From: Myxococcota bacterium
GTDB taxonomy: Bacteria; Myxococcota_A; SURF-8
Assembly: GCA_965140415.1 (NCBI GenBank)
Contig: OZ223209.1
Coordinates: 960,001-1,024,000, forward strand
Direction: 5' to 3'
Length of the DNA stretch: 64,000 bases
This document shows positions 28,889-39,200 of this stretch, in pieces. The position numbers and the translations under genes were made by a program. The notes under the pieces were generated by a model. It searched no databases, had not been told where the DNA came from, and saw nothing but the letters and a program-made list of their open reading frames with translations. The stretch's first letter is position 1. Each line of letters begins with the position of its first letter.

Positions 28889-30703
28889 ATGAGCGAGAAG
28901 AAAACGAAGTTAACGGTAATCGAAGGCGGAGCGCTTCATTCCAACGAAGCCATCGCAGAAATGTTTCCAACCTATGCGAACCTGAATTTGAGTGAAGCGG
29001 AGATCAATGCACTCGATTTCAGCGGTCGTTGCGAGTTGCTTTCGGATTTGAATTACCGTCACAAATATCAACTGCTGCGAAGAGCGGACGATACCGGTGA
29101 ACTGGTGCGCAGCATGCCTGCGGAAGATCTGTTTTTTACAATGGAAGTCGCTGGGCGAACTGATGCCATCGATTTATTCATGGAAGCAACGCCTGCTCAG
29201 ATGACCCACATCTTCGATCTGACATGCTGGCATAACGATGATATGATCGCGGAGGAACTACTGGACTGGCTCGGCTATATGGTCATGATCGATCCGTCCG
29301 ACGCGATGGATAAACTGGAGCAACTCGACTCGGAAATTCTGATCGCCATGCTATCCAAACAGATCCGGGTGCATCGCTTCGAATGGTCCGACGACCGCCG
29401 CTACATTGATGATGACAGCCTATTCAGCTTCGATGACATCTACCTGTTCGAACTACTCGACCCTGAAAACAACAGAAACGAACGCTTAAGCGTCTTTTTA
29501 CAAATGCTCTATCGCTTGAAATTCGATCTGTACCAGACCGTGATGGAAACTCTGGTGTGGGAGTTGTCTAGCAATCTTGAAGAATTAACTTATCGGGCGC
29601 ACAGCGACCGCATGTCCGACAACGGTTATCCCGAATACCTGGATTCGATTTCGCTGTTTGCACCGCTGAACCCGGAAGCGCTTCGCAAGAAAGTGGCTTC
29701 CATGTCGCCGCAGCCCAAGCGTGTTGCCGGAGGACGTGAAAACGTTCCGGCCTTTTTCGGAAAGATGTTGGATGCCGACAGCTTTCTCGTGCGCGTTCTG
29801 CTGCAAGGTGACGATGACTTACGGGAGCGTATTCAACCCGAGCTGGTGATTCTGGGCAACCGCATTCTGATCGCTCGCAAAGCGCTTGATGACATCGACA
29901 AAGTGCACGATGCGCTGGATGAAGCCCAGTATACAAGTTCGGTGGGCTTGGAATGGCTCAGCGAGCAAGATCCGAAAAGGGCAGGCGAGTTACTGTTGTC
30001 ATTACCCCTGGTCGAGATTTTCCGCTGTGGTTACAGTTTGGTGTTGCAACTGCAAAAGAAAGCGGCAGATTTTCGCCGCAATCAACTGGAACCATACGGG
30101 CAAAAGATCATGGGGCTGATTTCTTCTCCTACGCGCGAAACGCTCATGGCGCTGGCGCAACGGCCACCGCTGTACTTCGAGGGACAGTCTCTGCGGCAAA
30201 CCCCGATTTCAAGACCTTTCCGGGCGTTGGCTGAAATCGAGAAGGTTCAGGTTTTATTGGCGCGCATCGAGTTTCTGTTCGATCTGCATTTCCGCCTGCT
30301 GGCGCAGGATATCAAGCAGATCTTGCAGGGACATGCACCCATCAATCTGGAGCCATTGGACCCCGACATTCGTTTCGTGAAGATTTTCCTGACGCTGTGT
30401 GCGCATGGCTTGCAAGGCCAAGAGGCAGCTTATCGTCCGTTGGATACTGATTCGTTCGAAGCGTTTTTAACGCAGTGGCTCGAACCCCGCAGCGAAGGCG
30501 GTTTCCAGGTTCGCGAAGAATTGTATGCAGAGGTTCAAACCTGGCTGAATCGCTACCTTGCTGCCGAGAGCGAACAGTATCAATATTTGGCACAACAATG
30601 GGCGCAGCGCACTGTCGGCGTGCTTAACCAACTGGCGGCGGAGTTACGCGAACTCTCTTCCCGCATGGCTATTTCCTTGTCGCAGGTGTTGTTGCTGGGA
30701 TAG
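28889..30703 (+). CDS. Conserved hypothetical protein (DUF6178-like)
   Basis: 604-aa ORF; LVRSMPAEDLFF...ATPAQ...FDL.CW pattern recalled for this family, not searched. Confidence 0.6.
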   Translation: MSEKKTKLTVIEGGALHSNEAIAEMFPTYANLNLSEAEINALDFSGRCELLSDLNYRHKYQLLRRADDTGELVRSMPAEDLFFTMEVAGRTDAIDLFMEATPAQMTHIFDLTCWHNDDMIAEELLDWLGYMVMIDPSDAMDKLEQLDSEILIAMLSKQIRVHRFEWSDDRRYIDDDSLFSFDDIYLFELLDPENNRNERLSVFLQMLYRLKFDLYQTVMETLVWELSSNLEELTYRAHSDRMSDNGYPEYLDSISLFAPLNPEALRKKVASMSPQPKRVAGGRENVPAFFGKMLDADSFLVRVLLQGDDDLRERIQPELVILGNRILIARKALDDIDKVHDALDEAQYTSSVGLEWLSEQDPKRAGELLLSLPLVEIFRCGYSLVLQLQKKAADFRRNQLEPYGQKIMGLISSPTRETLMALAQRPPLYFEGQSLRQTPISRPFRALAEIEKVQVLLARIEFLFDLHFRLLAQDIKQILQGHAPINLEPLDPDIRFVKIFLTLCAHGLQGQEAAYRPLDTDSFEAFLTQWLEPRSEGGFQVREELYAEVQTWLNRYLAAESEQYQYLAQQWAQRTVGVLNQLAAELRELSSRMAISLSQVLLLG

Positions 30704-30707
30704 GAAT

Positions 30708-30732
30708 TGTCGGGTCGTATGACCCAACCTAC
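30708..30732 (-). repeat. GTAG-type REP-like element
   Basis: Minus strand GTAGGTTGGGTCATACGACCCGACA. Confidence 0.7.
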
Positions 30733-30761
30733 CCTGAAAATAGATCGCAGTACAATCTTCC

Positions 30762-30799
30762 AAAAAGAAAAACCCCCGAACCGGTAAGGGATCGGGGGT
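30762..30799 (-). terminator. Intrinsic terminator
   Basis: ACCCCCGA/TCGGGGGT stem, long T tract on minus strand. Confidence 0.75.
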
Positions 30800-30822
30800 C
30801 ATATCTTGCGTAGAATTGCGGA

Positions 30823-32028
30823 TCAGTAATTCTTCTCCATCACCACGCGGTCGCCGATCTTCAATTCGATCAGGCTGCGTGTAACCAGCGCCACGCTGGT
30901 GTCGGAACCGGCGGAGAGTACGATCATCTCACCGATTTTTTCATAGGGCAGTTCGTCGTTGTCGAAACCTTCATCGTAGTCGGTGGGGTCCGATTGGCGC
31001 ACGGCAAACAGGCGGTTGCCTTCCTCGATGCCCTGGCTGATGCCCTTGTCCAGGAAGATGACCTGGTTTTCCGTCATGAATACGGTTTCCAAGAATTTTT
31101 CAACAATGTAGCCGCTCAGCGTGGTTTTGTTACGACGCGGGCGAATGTCTTTGACCGGGTTTTTCCAGGGGCGTACCAGATCGCCACGGTTGATGGCATC
31201 GAAACTCGAAAGGATCTGAGCGGTAACGGTGTTTTTGCCGATGCGCTTGATGACGCAGCGCCCTAGAATCTTGATCTTGTAACCGATGTCTTTGCCGGTG
31301 ACCGGATGCTCGACTTCGCCTAAATTGCGGAAAATCTGATAGGTCTGGCCGATGGAAAACTGGTTGATGTTTTCCGGATCGATATAGAACGTATCGTAGT
31401 CGGTCAGATCGATCTTTTCCTCTTTCGCGTTTGCAATGACTCCAGAGAAACGCAATTCGTTCTTCGCGATAAAGCCATCACGTCTAAAGTTGTAGAAGTT
31501 GAACGCGGAGGATTGCACCTTGGTGAGGTACTGTTCGAGCTGATACTTGCCGCCTTCCACAACCTGTCCCCAGGATTCTTCATCCATCACTTCGGGAATG
31601 GTCGCCAGATCTTCGGCGGAAGTCTGATCCTGCATTTCCACCAACGTTCCGCCCATGCCGGCCTGCTGGAAGTAAATCACGTTACCCGGATAGATCCAGT
31701 GCGGGTTGGCGATTTGAGGATTCATCGCCCACACTTTCTGCCAGTACCAGGGATTGCCAAGCAAGCGCCCGCAGATGTCCCACATGGTGTCGCCCGACTG
31801 CACCGTGTATTGATCGATCCGTTCCGCGTTGACCGGCGGCAGATCCTGGCCGGTGGTGCGAACGTCGCCGTACATGCTGTCGCCGGAAAATTCGTCGGCG
31901 CTTTGCGGTTGCGAACCGCCGTCCTGCATGTCATAGCGATTATCCAAAGCCTGCTGAGCCGAGGCAATCCCCGCAATAAAAGTGAGGATCGTTGCCGCGA
32001 TCAGACTGTATAGATACCGTTGTTTCAT
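30823..32028 (-). CDS. LysM peptidoglycan-binding protein (TsaP-like architecture)
   Basis: Signal peptide; YTVQSGDTMWDI...W.KVW..NPQIANPHWIYPG. Confidence 0.85.
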   Translation of the reverse strand: MKQRYLYSLIAATILTFIAGIASAQQALDNRYDMQDGGSQPQSADEFSGDSMYGDVRTTGQDLPPVNAERIDQYTVQSGDTMWDICGRLLGNPWYWQKVWAMNPQIANPHWIYPGNVIYFQQAGMGGTLVEMQDQTSAEDLATIPEVMDEESWGQVVEGGKYQLEQYLTKVQSSAFNFYNFRRDGFIAKNELRFSGVIANAKEEKIDLTDYDTFYIDPENINQFSIGQTYQIFRNLGEVEHPVTGKDIGYKIKILGRCVIKRIGKNTVTAQILSSFDAINRGDLVRPWKNPVKDIRPRRNKTTLSGYIVEKFLETVFMTENQVIFLDKGISQGIEEGNRLFAVRQSDPTDYDEGFDNDELPYEKIGEMIVLSAGSDTSVALVTRSLIELKIGDRVVMEKNY

Positions 32029-32066
32029 CCTGCCGCCTCCTGTTTTGGCTGACTGGCGCGCCCGCC

Positions 32067-32849
32067 TCAGCTACCGTTCACCCGCTTGGCTGCTTCGCTT
32101 TTCGGATGGCGCGTTTTTAATTCCCGCCAGGTTTCCTTGGCTTTGTCTTCGTTGCCCTGCTTCAAATAGCATTGACCGATGTAGTACAGCGCATCGGCTT
32201 GCTTGTTCGATCCGCTTTGCGGTCCCAGTTTTCGAAACTCCGTTAAAGCGAGGTTCCACTCGCCCATTTCGAAAAAACTGACGCCGCTCCAGAATATTGC
32301 GTTGTCCGTATACTCGTTCTTTTTGTACTTACGTTGGAAATCGGCAAACGCCTCTAAAGCGTCATTATACCTCTTTTGTCGGTAAAGCGCTAGTGCGTTC
32401 CGATAATCCTGCACCAGTTTTCCAGGCGACACCGAAATTTCCGATTTCGCTCTAGGCTTTTTTTCCTTTTTATCCCAGTTGGAGATCAGAATCGGGTCGT
32501 TTTTGGGTTCCGGTTGCTTGGCGACTTTCGGCTGCTGCGCTTTGGCTTGCGGCTTTTCAGCTTGCTTTTCCGGCACCAGCCTTACACGTTTCAGGCTCTG
32601 CGGAGCTTTGGTGCGAACGCCCTGTTGCGTTCGTAACGCTTCCAACTGGTCCTGTGTCAGATACAGCCGATTATTCAATTCCTCGATGCGCACATGCGCA
32701 TCGCTTAACTGCCTGTTCAACTCTGCAATCTGTGCCTGTTGGTCGTCCAAACGTGCAACAAGCTGCGCCTGCTGGCCACAACCGACGGCAATCAGCGTTA
32801 CGCCGATCAACCAAACTCCCCAAAAACTGTACGCGATTCGATTCTTCAT
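32067..32849 (-). CDS. cpoB: CpoB/YbgF-like TPR lipoprotein
   Basis: Lipobox, coiled coil, three TPRs (DNAIFWSG, ADALYYIG, HPKSEAA). Confidence 0.75.
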   Translation of the reverse strand: MKNRIAYSFWGVWLIGVTLIAVGCGQQAQLVARLDDQQAQIAELNRQLSDAHVRIEELNNRLYLTQDQLEALRTQQGVRTKAPQSLKRVRLVPEKQAEKPQAKAQQPKVAKQPEPKNDPILISNWDKKEKKPRAKSEISVSPGKLVQDYRNALALYRQKRYNDALEAFADFQRKYKKNEYTDNAIFWSGVSFFEMGEWNLALTEFRKLGPQSGSNKQADALYYIGQCYLKQGNEDKAKETWRELKTRHPKSEAAKRVNGS

Positions 32850-33001
32850 ATTTATCGTTAAAAGAAATTAAATCTAATTTACTATAATTATATTGATTTT
32901 AAATTGTTCGTCAAGCCTTTTTCCCTTGAATTTCACGGATGTGGAAGCACAGAAGCGCAATGCTCTGCCAAGGAAATAAGATCGATTCGAATTGTATTGG
33001 A

Positions 33002-35164
33002 TTATGGCAGGATTTCCAGTGCAGTCAATGTCTTACCCAGTGTCAAAAGCAGGATGCCCCGGCCCTGCAAGTCTCCTCCTTCACAGAGAGAGGTGGGGAT
33101 TTGTCCCTGCTGCACGTAGTGCGAACAAAGCGCAGTGGCAATGGCTCCGGCGGCTGGATGTTGCCCCAACGTGTCGCGCAGATTCCAGACCGGCCCCGAA
33201 AATCCACTTTGTTGCAGGAATGCAGCTTTTTGCTTTTGACCACTTTCGCGATCTGCTGCCGGGATATTCAGAACCAGTGCGCCATAGCGCTTTACAATGG
33301 TATCGACTCCGCCAAGTTGCCGGATAAGCTCGGCGATGGCATCCGTTTTTCGTGCGGAAAGACAGGCCACGATGCCCAAACGCAGACCGGAATCGATTTC
33401 CGATGGAACGAGCAGCAGCGAACCGCCACCGTCGCTGGGTTTGGATTCATTGGCGAAGGATTCGTCGAAGCGCGGTGAGAGCGTCGGGTGGTATTCGTCC
33501 GCGCCGATCAAACAGAGCGGCTTGTCCGCTTCTGCCAGCAGGGTGGCACTCAAGACGGCCTGCTCGAAGGACGTATCCCCGCCGGTCAGGGTCACGTTGT
33601 GTCCCTTGGCGGAGAGCAGTAATGCCGCCTGTCCCGCCGGAGCATTGTGCACCGAGCCGATGAAATCGGTGGGGCTGGCGAGCTTTTCGCCGGAGTTGAA
33701 CAGCTTGATCAGGAAATCATGCGTTTCCGATAACGGTCCCCAGGCCGTCCCGAAATAAATTGCATCCAGCGCTTGTTCGGGATCTACCGTCATTTTGGCC
33801 TGCATCGCCAGCGCCATCACCAACCGGGAAAGCCGTTTCAGGCGGCGAATCTGCCGGGGTGGGAGGTTTTTCGTTAACGAGGCATCCTCGACGAGCCCCT
33901 TTAAACTTTCATTTCCTTCGATTGCCGCCAGGCTCGCATCGAGATCGCCTTGTGCCGTCAAGCAGGAAGCGCCCAGAATTCTCAGCCAACGCCGGTTGGA
34001 ATTCGACTCGATTGGGCGCGATGTACTGGACGATTGCACTACCAGCGCCGCGTTATTGCCGCCGAAACCGAAGGAATTGGAAAGGACTGTGTTTATCGGT
34101 CGCGTTTGCGATTCGCGTAGGGGGTCCAGTTGCAATTCCGGGTCGAGAACGTTCAAGCCGATATTCGCCGGAAGAAAGCCGTTCTTGATGCACAAGGCCG
34201 ATACCACCGCTTCCATGGCTCCCGCCGCACCCAGCGAATGTCCGGTCATGCCTTTGATCGAGGAGACCGGCAATGCACGAGCGCCGAACAGACGCGCCAC
34301 CGCGCGGCCTTCTGCCTGATCGTTATTGGGCGTACCGGTGCCGTGCAGGTTGACGTAGTCCACGTTTTCCGGCGTCAGTCCGGCATCGGTCAGGGCCGCT
34401 TGCATGGCGGTTTGTGCGCCTTCGCCCTCCGGATGAGGCGCTGTGGCGTGGTGCGCGTCGCAACTCAAGCCACCGCCGGAAATGCAGGCCAGTGCGCCTT
34501 CGGGTTCGCTGTCGCTTCCCTCCAGCAACACAAACGCCGCCGCCTCACCGATACTCATTCCCTGTCGTTCGGTGTCCAAGGGACGGCAGCCTTCCGGGTC
34601 CAGTAGTTGCAAGGAATTGAACCCATGGTAGATGAAACGGCAAAGCCCGTCTGCACCTCCGGCCAGTACGCGCCTGGCCAGACCGTTGCGTATCAATTCG
34701 AGTGCCAGTTTGATTGCAGAGGCTCCGCTGCTGCAAGCGGTGGAAACGGTCAGAACCGGTCCGTTGCAGCCGAGTTTTTCAGCCAATAGCGCGGCAACCG
34801 TGCCTGCTCCATGAAAGCGATAAGCTGCCGGGTCTTCCACCTGATCGCGAATACGACATTCACTGTCGGGCATGCCACCTGTCGTGGTGCCGATCACAAT
34901 GGCGTCCGGGGGATTTTCAGATAATGCCGAAATCTGTTGCACTGCGGCCCAGGCCAGCCGATGCGTCATGGGCCATTCGGCCTGTTCGGCGGGAGGATCT
35001 AAGATTTCCCCTACCAGTTGCGCCTGTGCATCCACCAAAGGGAAGCGAGAAAGTGGTGTTAACGCACGGGTTCCGTGTTGCAGTGATTTTGCGGTGGCTG
35101 TGAGACCTGCGCCAAGCGGCGAGACGATCCCGACATCGGTGATGAACACACGTAGCTGGGTCAT
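33002..35164 (-). CDS. Beta-ketoacyl-ACP synthase fused to a chain-length-factor-like domain
   Basis: TACSSG, HGTGT, GHSLGAAG, NSFGFGGNN; C-half with RRLKRLSR and SPTDFIGSVHN, no catalytic Cys motif. Confidence 0.88.
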   Translation of the reverse strand: MTQLRVFITDVGIVSPLGAGLTATAKSLQHGTRALTPLSRFPLVDAQAQLVGEILDPPAEQAEWPMTHRLAWAAVQQISALSENPPDAIVIGTTTGGMPDSECRIRDQVEDPAAYRFHGAGTVAALLAEKLGCNGPVLTVSTACSSGASAIKLALELIRNGLARRVLAGGADGLCRFIYHGFNSLQLLDPEGCRPLDTERQGMSIGEAAAFVLLEGSDSEPEGALACISGGGLSCDAHHATAPHPEGEGAQTAMQAALTDAGLTPENVDYVNLHGTGTPNNDQAEGRAVARLFGARALPVSSIKGMTGHSLGAAGAMEAVVSALCIKNGFLPANIGLNVLDPELQLDPLRESQTRPINTVLSNSFGFGGNNAALVVQSSSTSRPIESNSNRRWLRILGASCLTAQGDLDASLAAIEGNESLKGLVEDASLTKNLPPRQIRRLKRLSRLVMALAMQAKMTVDPEQALDAIYFGTAWGPLSETHDFLIKLFNSGEKLASPTDFIGSVHNAPAGQAALLLSAKGHNVTLTGGDTSFEQAVLSATLLAEADKPLCLIGADEYHPTLSPRFDESFANESKPSDGGGSLLLVPSEIDSGLRLGIVACLSARKTDAIAELIRQLGGVDTIVKRYGALVLNIPAADRESGQKQKAAFLQQSGFSGPVWNLRDTLGQHPAAGAIATALCSHYVQQGQIPTSLCEGGDLQGRGILLLTLGKTLTALEILP

Positions 35165-35424
35165 GAAGCCTGATTGTTCAGATGGTTCTGGACGAAAGCG
35201 GCCATGCTTGCAAAGGAGCGAAAGACCTGCTCGCCTTCTTCTTTGCTGTCGATCTTGACGCCGTAATCCTGTTCCAACAGCATTACCAGTTCCAGAATAT
35301 CGATGGAATCTATTCCCAAAGAACCGCCGACCAATGGTTCATCTTCGGAAACGTTTTCCGGGCTGATATCCGAAATATTCAAGACATCCAGAACCTTGTG
35401 TTTTAATTCGTCCACAAGTTGCAT
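35161..35424 (-). CDS. Acyl carrier protein
   Basis: LGIDSIDILEL phosphopantetheine site; ATGA overlap with KS. Confidence 0.92.
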   Translation of the reverse strand: MQLVDELKHKVLDVLNISDISPENVSEDEPLVGGSLGIDSIDILELVMLLEQDYGVKIDSKEEGEQVFRSFASMAAFVQNHLNNQAS

Positions 35425-35545
35425 GATGCGGATTCCTTTTTCTCTGCCGAATGAATTGCACCAGGCGATTTCTTAGTGAAAGCAAGCCACGCTTTTAGAA
35501 GTGCAGCCGCTTCCGTGCAATTCGAGCGATGGAGTCGTCGATTCC

Positions 35546-35800
35546 TTAGAGCAGACGCTGAATGTACTCGGCGATGGCCTCTACGTTGGTCAGTCCGGGA
35601 TAATCGTCTTCATCGATCGTAATGTCGAATTCATCCTGCAACACCAGGACCACTGTCGTCAGGTCCATGCTGTCAATGCCCAATTCGTCTACCAGATCGA
35701 GTTTCACATCGAAGGTTTCCGGGGTTACGTCTTCCAACTTCAGTTCGTTGATGATGACTTCCGCCACTTTCAGGCTGATGGTGTTGAGATCCTGACTCAT
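35546..35800 (-). CDS. Acyl carrier protein
   Basis: LGIDSMDL motif; RBS AGGAG. Confidence 0.92.
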   Translation of the reverse strand: MSQDLNTISLKVAEVIINELKLEDVTPETFDVKLDLVDELGIDSMDLTTVVLVLQDEFDITIDEDDYPGLTNVEAIAEYIQRLL

Positions 35801-35906
35801 GTCTCCTGCTTTCCTTTCCTCAATCCTGTCATAATCATCGGATGCCGTTTTCAATACTCAATCCGGCAGCCGGCAATTCCAACATAAGAACCACGTTCGA
35901 TTTGGT

Positions 35907-36329
35907 TCAATTATTCGATTCCGTAGAAGTGCGCATGACCTGCAATTCCGCCACGCCCACGCATTTCGATTCTGTATTTACTTGTCCTTTGTAGACGGCA
36001 TACGTTCCACGCCCGCCTACCTGTTCGACGGTTACCGTCAGTTGTTCTCCAACCGTTAAAACCGGTTCGAAAAACTCGGCGTTTTTAATGCCGACCAACA
36101 TTCCTCCCTGCGGTTCCTCTTCGTCGTAAAATTCGACGCCCACCGCCAGCCCTGCCGTCTGAGCGATCAGTTCGACGATCAGCAGCGATGGTGTTTCTCC
36201 GCTTTCAACCAGCGGCCATTGTTCGGACACCTGCGTTTGAGCGATGCAATGTCCGGTTTGCACCTTTACGATGCGTTGCAATAGCAGCATCCGGTCGCGA
36301 TGTGGAAGCAACTCTTCAATGGTCGGCAT
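35907..36329 (-). CDS. Hotdog-fold dehydratase (ApeP-like)
   Basis: LLPHRDRMLL, ELIAQTA, GMLVG. Confidence 0.8.
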   Translation of the reverse strand: MPTIEELLPHRDRMLLLQRIVKVQTGHCIAQTQVSEQWPLVESGETPSLLIVELIAQTAGLAVGVEFYDEEEPQGGMLVGIKNAEFFEPVLTVGEQLTVTVEQVGGRGTYAVYKGQVNTESKCVGVAELQVMRTSTESNN

Positions 36330-36717
36330 GAACCGTCCTTTCCGAGTGTGCTTGGTCCGTGAAAACCGCCAGTCCCGAAGCTACCAAATTTTCAGCCTGA
36401 CGGATTTCGAAAGCAACCGTTGGCAAAGACGCCTGCTTTTGCCACAATAGCCGAAATTCCAAAACAGCACCAGGTCTTAACATCTGTTTAAAGCGCACGC
36501 GCTTAATCGAAACGAGCCTTGCGTCCGGATTTTCACTACCAGCCTGCAAAATCAGCGCTTGTTGCAACAGCGCAAGCAACGCGACTCCCGGAAAGATGGG
36601 ATCTTCCGGGAAGTGACCCGAAAACCAGGGAGAATCCACAGGAATCGTGTAGCGGTAGCCCTGCCCGGAAGGCAAGGGTTGCAACTCGTTTCGATCGATC
36701 CAACTCTGGTTTGGCAT
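36316..36717 (-). CDS. Hotdog-fold dehydratase (ApeI/FabZ-like)
   Basis: WFSGHFPEDPIFPGV, RVRFKQMLRPG. Confidence 0.8.
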   Translation of the reverse strand: MPNQSWIDRNELQPLPSGQGYRYTIPVDSPWFSGHFPEDPIFPGVALLALLQQALILQAGSENPDARLVSIKRVRFKQMLRPGAVLEFRLLWQKQASLPTVAFEIRQAENLVASGLAVFTDQAHSERTVHADH

Positions 36718-36885
36718 ATCCCACCTGCATCGTAAAAGCAGGGCTTTCGTCCCGTTTTTCTTACATGAAATCGGCCAATACGGACAGCGAGCCGCTTGTT
36801 TTTCACAATGCAAAAATCCAGTAAAACCGGAGTTTCCAATACCGGATCTTGTCTCTAGCATGACGGCACCACTCTGTCAACGGAT

Positions 36886-38205
36886 TTAGCCGCCGAAGGT
36901 CAGATGCGCCATGATCACAGCCATGGTTAAACCTGCGGCATCCGCCAACAATGCGGCTGCCACTGCATGACGTGGACGGGTGATGCCCACCGCACCGAAA
37001 TACACGGCCAGGACATAGAATGTCGTTTCCGTGCTGCCTTGCATGATGCTCGCCAAATACGAGGAGAAGCTGTCCGGTGCATTTGCAACGATTTCGCTCA
37101 TCACGCCGAAAGCTCCCGAGCCGGAAAGGGGACGCATCAGCGCCATGGGTAACACGTCTGCGGGAATGCCCAGCGCCTGGGTCAACGGCGCGGCGAGATC
37201 CGCGAAAAAGGCAAAGGCTCCGCTGGCTTTGAACATGCCGATGGCCACCAGAATCATCACTAAAAACGGGATGATACGCAAGGCTACCTGAAGACCTTCC
37301 TTGGCGCCTTCGGTGGCGACTTCGTAGACTTTGACGCCGCGTAAATAACCGAAAACCAGAATGGCCAGCATAATCAACGGAATCACCCAGTATTGCAGGA
37401 CTTCGTCTTTAAACGACACCAATTCGCCCTGCTGGATCGCCTCCGAAACGCGGAACAGAACAATGGCCAATGCCGAACCGATGCCCAGGCCCATGATATA
37501 TTTTCCCAGCTTGCCGGGGGGAATCAACGGCTCGGTGTTCGTGTCTTCAATAACTGTATCTAGCTGATCTTGTTCGCTATTATCAGATGACACCTGAGTA
37601 CTGGCAGTCGCGGGGGATTTGCGGGCCAGCAGTTTGGCCGCAATAATACCCACCAGGGTGCTGGTCACTGTGGCGACAATTCCCGGTACGATGATCGACG
37701 CCGGGTCGCTGGCTCCGGCGGCGGCGCGCACGCCGATCACGCCCAGCGGTAAAATCGTGACGCTGCTGGTATTGATCGCCAGAAACAGGCACATCGCGTT
37801 CGTGGCTTCACCCGCCTTGGGATTGAGCTTGTTCAACTCAATCATTCCTTTAATACCTAGTGGTGTCGCGGCGTTACCCAAGCCCAACATGTTGGCGGCA
37901 ATATTCATGATCATGGCTGCCATGGCCGGATGTTCGGGGGGAACTTCGGGAAAAAGGCGCACCATCAAGGGGCGGATCGCACGGGCGATCATCCGCATCA
38001 GGCCGCCCGCTTCGGCGACTTTCATCAGGCCCAGCCAGAACGCCATGACGCCGATCAGCTTGATTGCCAGATTGACCGCGCTCTTGGCGGCATCGAAAGA
38101 GGCGTTGGTTACCGCTTCCATGCTGCCGTTGGCCATGCCTACGAGAATGGCGATGACGATCAGCCACAGCCAGATTGCATTGATTGCCGCAGGTTTCTGC
38201 TTCAT
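36886..38205 (-). CDS. SpmA/SpmB fused membrane protein (nucleoside-recognition Gate domains)
   Basis: ANMLGLGNAATPLG, RPLSGSG, GSTETTFYVLAVYFG. Confidence 0.88.
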   Translation of the reverse strand: MKQKPAAINAIWLWLIVIAILVGMANGSMEAVTNASFDAAKSAVNLAIKLIGVMAFWLGLMKVAEAGGLMRMIARAIRPLMVRLFPEVPPEHPAMAAMIMNIAANMLGLGNAATPLGIKGMIELNKLNPKAGEATNAMCLFLAINTSSVTILPLGVIGVRAAAGASDPASIIVPGIVATVTSTLVGIIAAKLLARKSPATASTQVSSDNSEQDQLDTVIEDTNTEPLIPPGKLGKYIMGLGIGSALAIVLFRVSEAIQQGELVSFKDEVLQYWVIPLIMLAILVFGYLRGVKVYEVATEGAKEGLQVALRIIPFLVMILVAIGMFKASGAFAFFADLAAPLTQALGIPADVLPMALMRPLSGSGAFGVMSEIVANAPDSFSSYLASIMQGSTETTFYVLAVYFGAVGITRPRHAVAAALLADAAGLTMAVIMAHLTFGG

Positions 38206-38350
38206 ATCTACCCCTGCCGTTCGACTCAAGATGGGCCATTATACCCAGTTTGTTATGGTATGCCAGTAGGAAAACGGGTGAGATTCCACAAAGAATGCAG
38301 GGTGGGGAGGGATTGGCTGTATCACTGGATATCGCAATTAACTTTAAAAG

Positions 38351-38437
38351 GGGTGTCATGGGCGAAGCGAAGAGAAACGGAGCTTGCCCATGCGAAACTC
38401 AAACACGGGCAAGCCTTCGACTTAGCCCGTGTCACCC
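38351..38437. repeat. 87-bp REPIN/MITE-like element, copy 1
   Basis: GGGTGTCATGGGC...GCCCGTGTCACCC; colinear with 58008-58094. Confidence 0.8.
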
Positions 38438-38490
38438 TGAAATCAAGCAGGTGTGCAATATGTAGTATTGAACTTGGAAGCTATTCGATC

Positions 38491-39102
38491 TTAGTTCGTA
38501 AAGCCAAGATCCTCTACTTTGCGCACGCGGCTGCGTTTGCGTTGTTCACGCTGTTTCTGTCGGACCCGCTGCTGAATCATTCTACGGTTCTGTTCGGATT
38601 GCTGTCGTTCGAAGGAATTTCGATCGTGCGCGTTGTTGTAACTGCGTCTGGAGCGATTCAGGGGCAGGTAGTCGTCCTCTGAATCTTGTTTGTTGATGAT
38701 GTTGACTTCCGGCAGATCGGCGGGACGGCTTTGGTTCCGATAGCGTGGGGGGATATCGTCTATGGAATTGGTGTAATGTACGGTGCCGTGGACATCCACC
38801 CAGGTATAAAGTTTTCCCGGTCCTTTGGAAGGTCTGGTCTGCACCCTTTTCGGAGGTTCCGGCACGAAGATGTTGTGGTCCGGGTCTTTTGAAACTTCAG
38901 GTTCCTTTTCGCCCTCTCCGGGTAATCGAACTCCGGGCACGGCACCGGTGCTGAGCACCTTGATGCTCTCCATCAGTGCACCAAATTGCGAGAAATACTC
39001 GTCATCTCCTTTGCGCAGCTCGTCCGGGTCCATTGCTTTGGTCGTATGGAAATAATAGACCAATAGCGTCATGAGCAGAATAATGAAAAGCAGGACTTTC
39101 AA
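38491..39102 (-). CDS. DUF4124-domain protein
   Basis: TTG start with GGAGG; N-terminal TM; LYTWVD..G.VHYTN...IP..YR. Confidence 0.75.
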   Translation of the reverse strand: MKVLLFIILLMTLLVYYFHTTKAMDPDELRKGDDEYFSQFGALMESIKVLSTGAVPGVRLPGEGEKEPEVSKDPDHNIFVPEPPKRVQTRPSKGPGKLYTWVDVHGTVHYTNSIDDIPPRYRNQSRPADLPEVNIINKQDSEDDYLPLNRSRRSYNNAHDRNSFERQQSEQNRRMIQQRVRQKQREQRKRSRVRKVEDLGFTN

Positions 39103-39200
39103 AAAACGCCTCCTTTTCGACGTTGAACACTTACATTTCTATTGTGCGCGAAATAAAAGTGACCTTCAAGGCATTTCATGCCGACCATGCATTTTTTACG

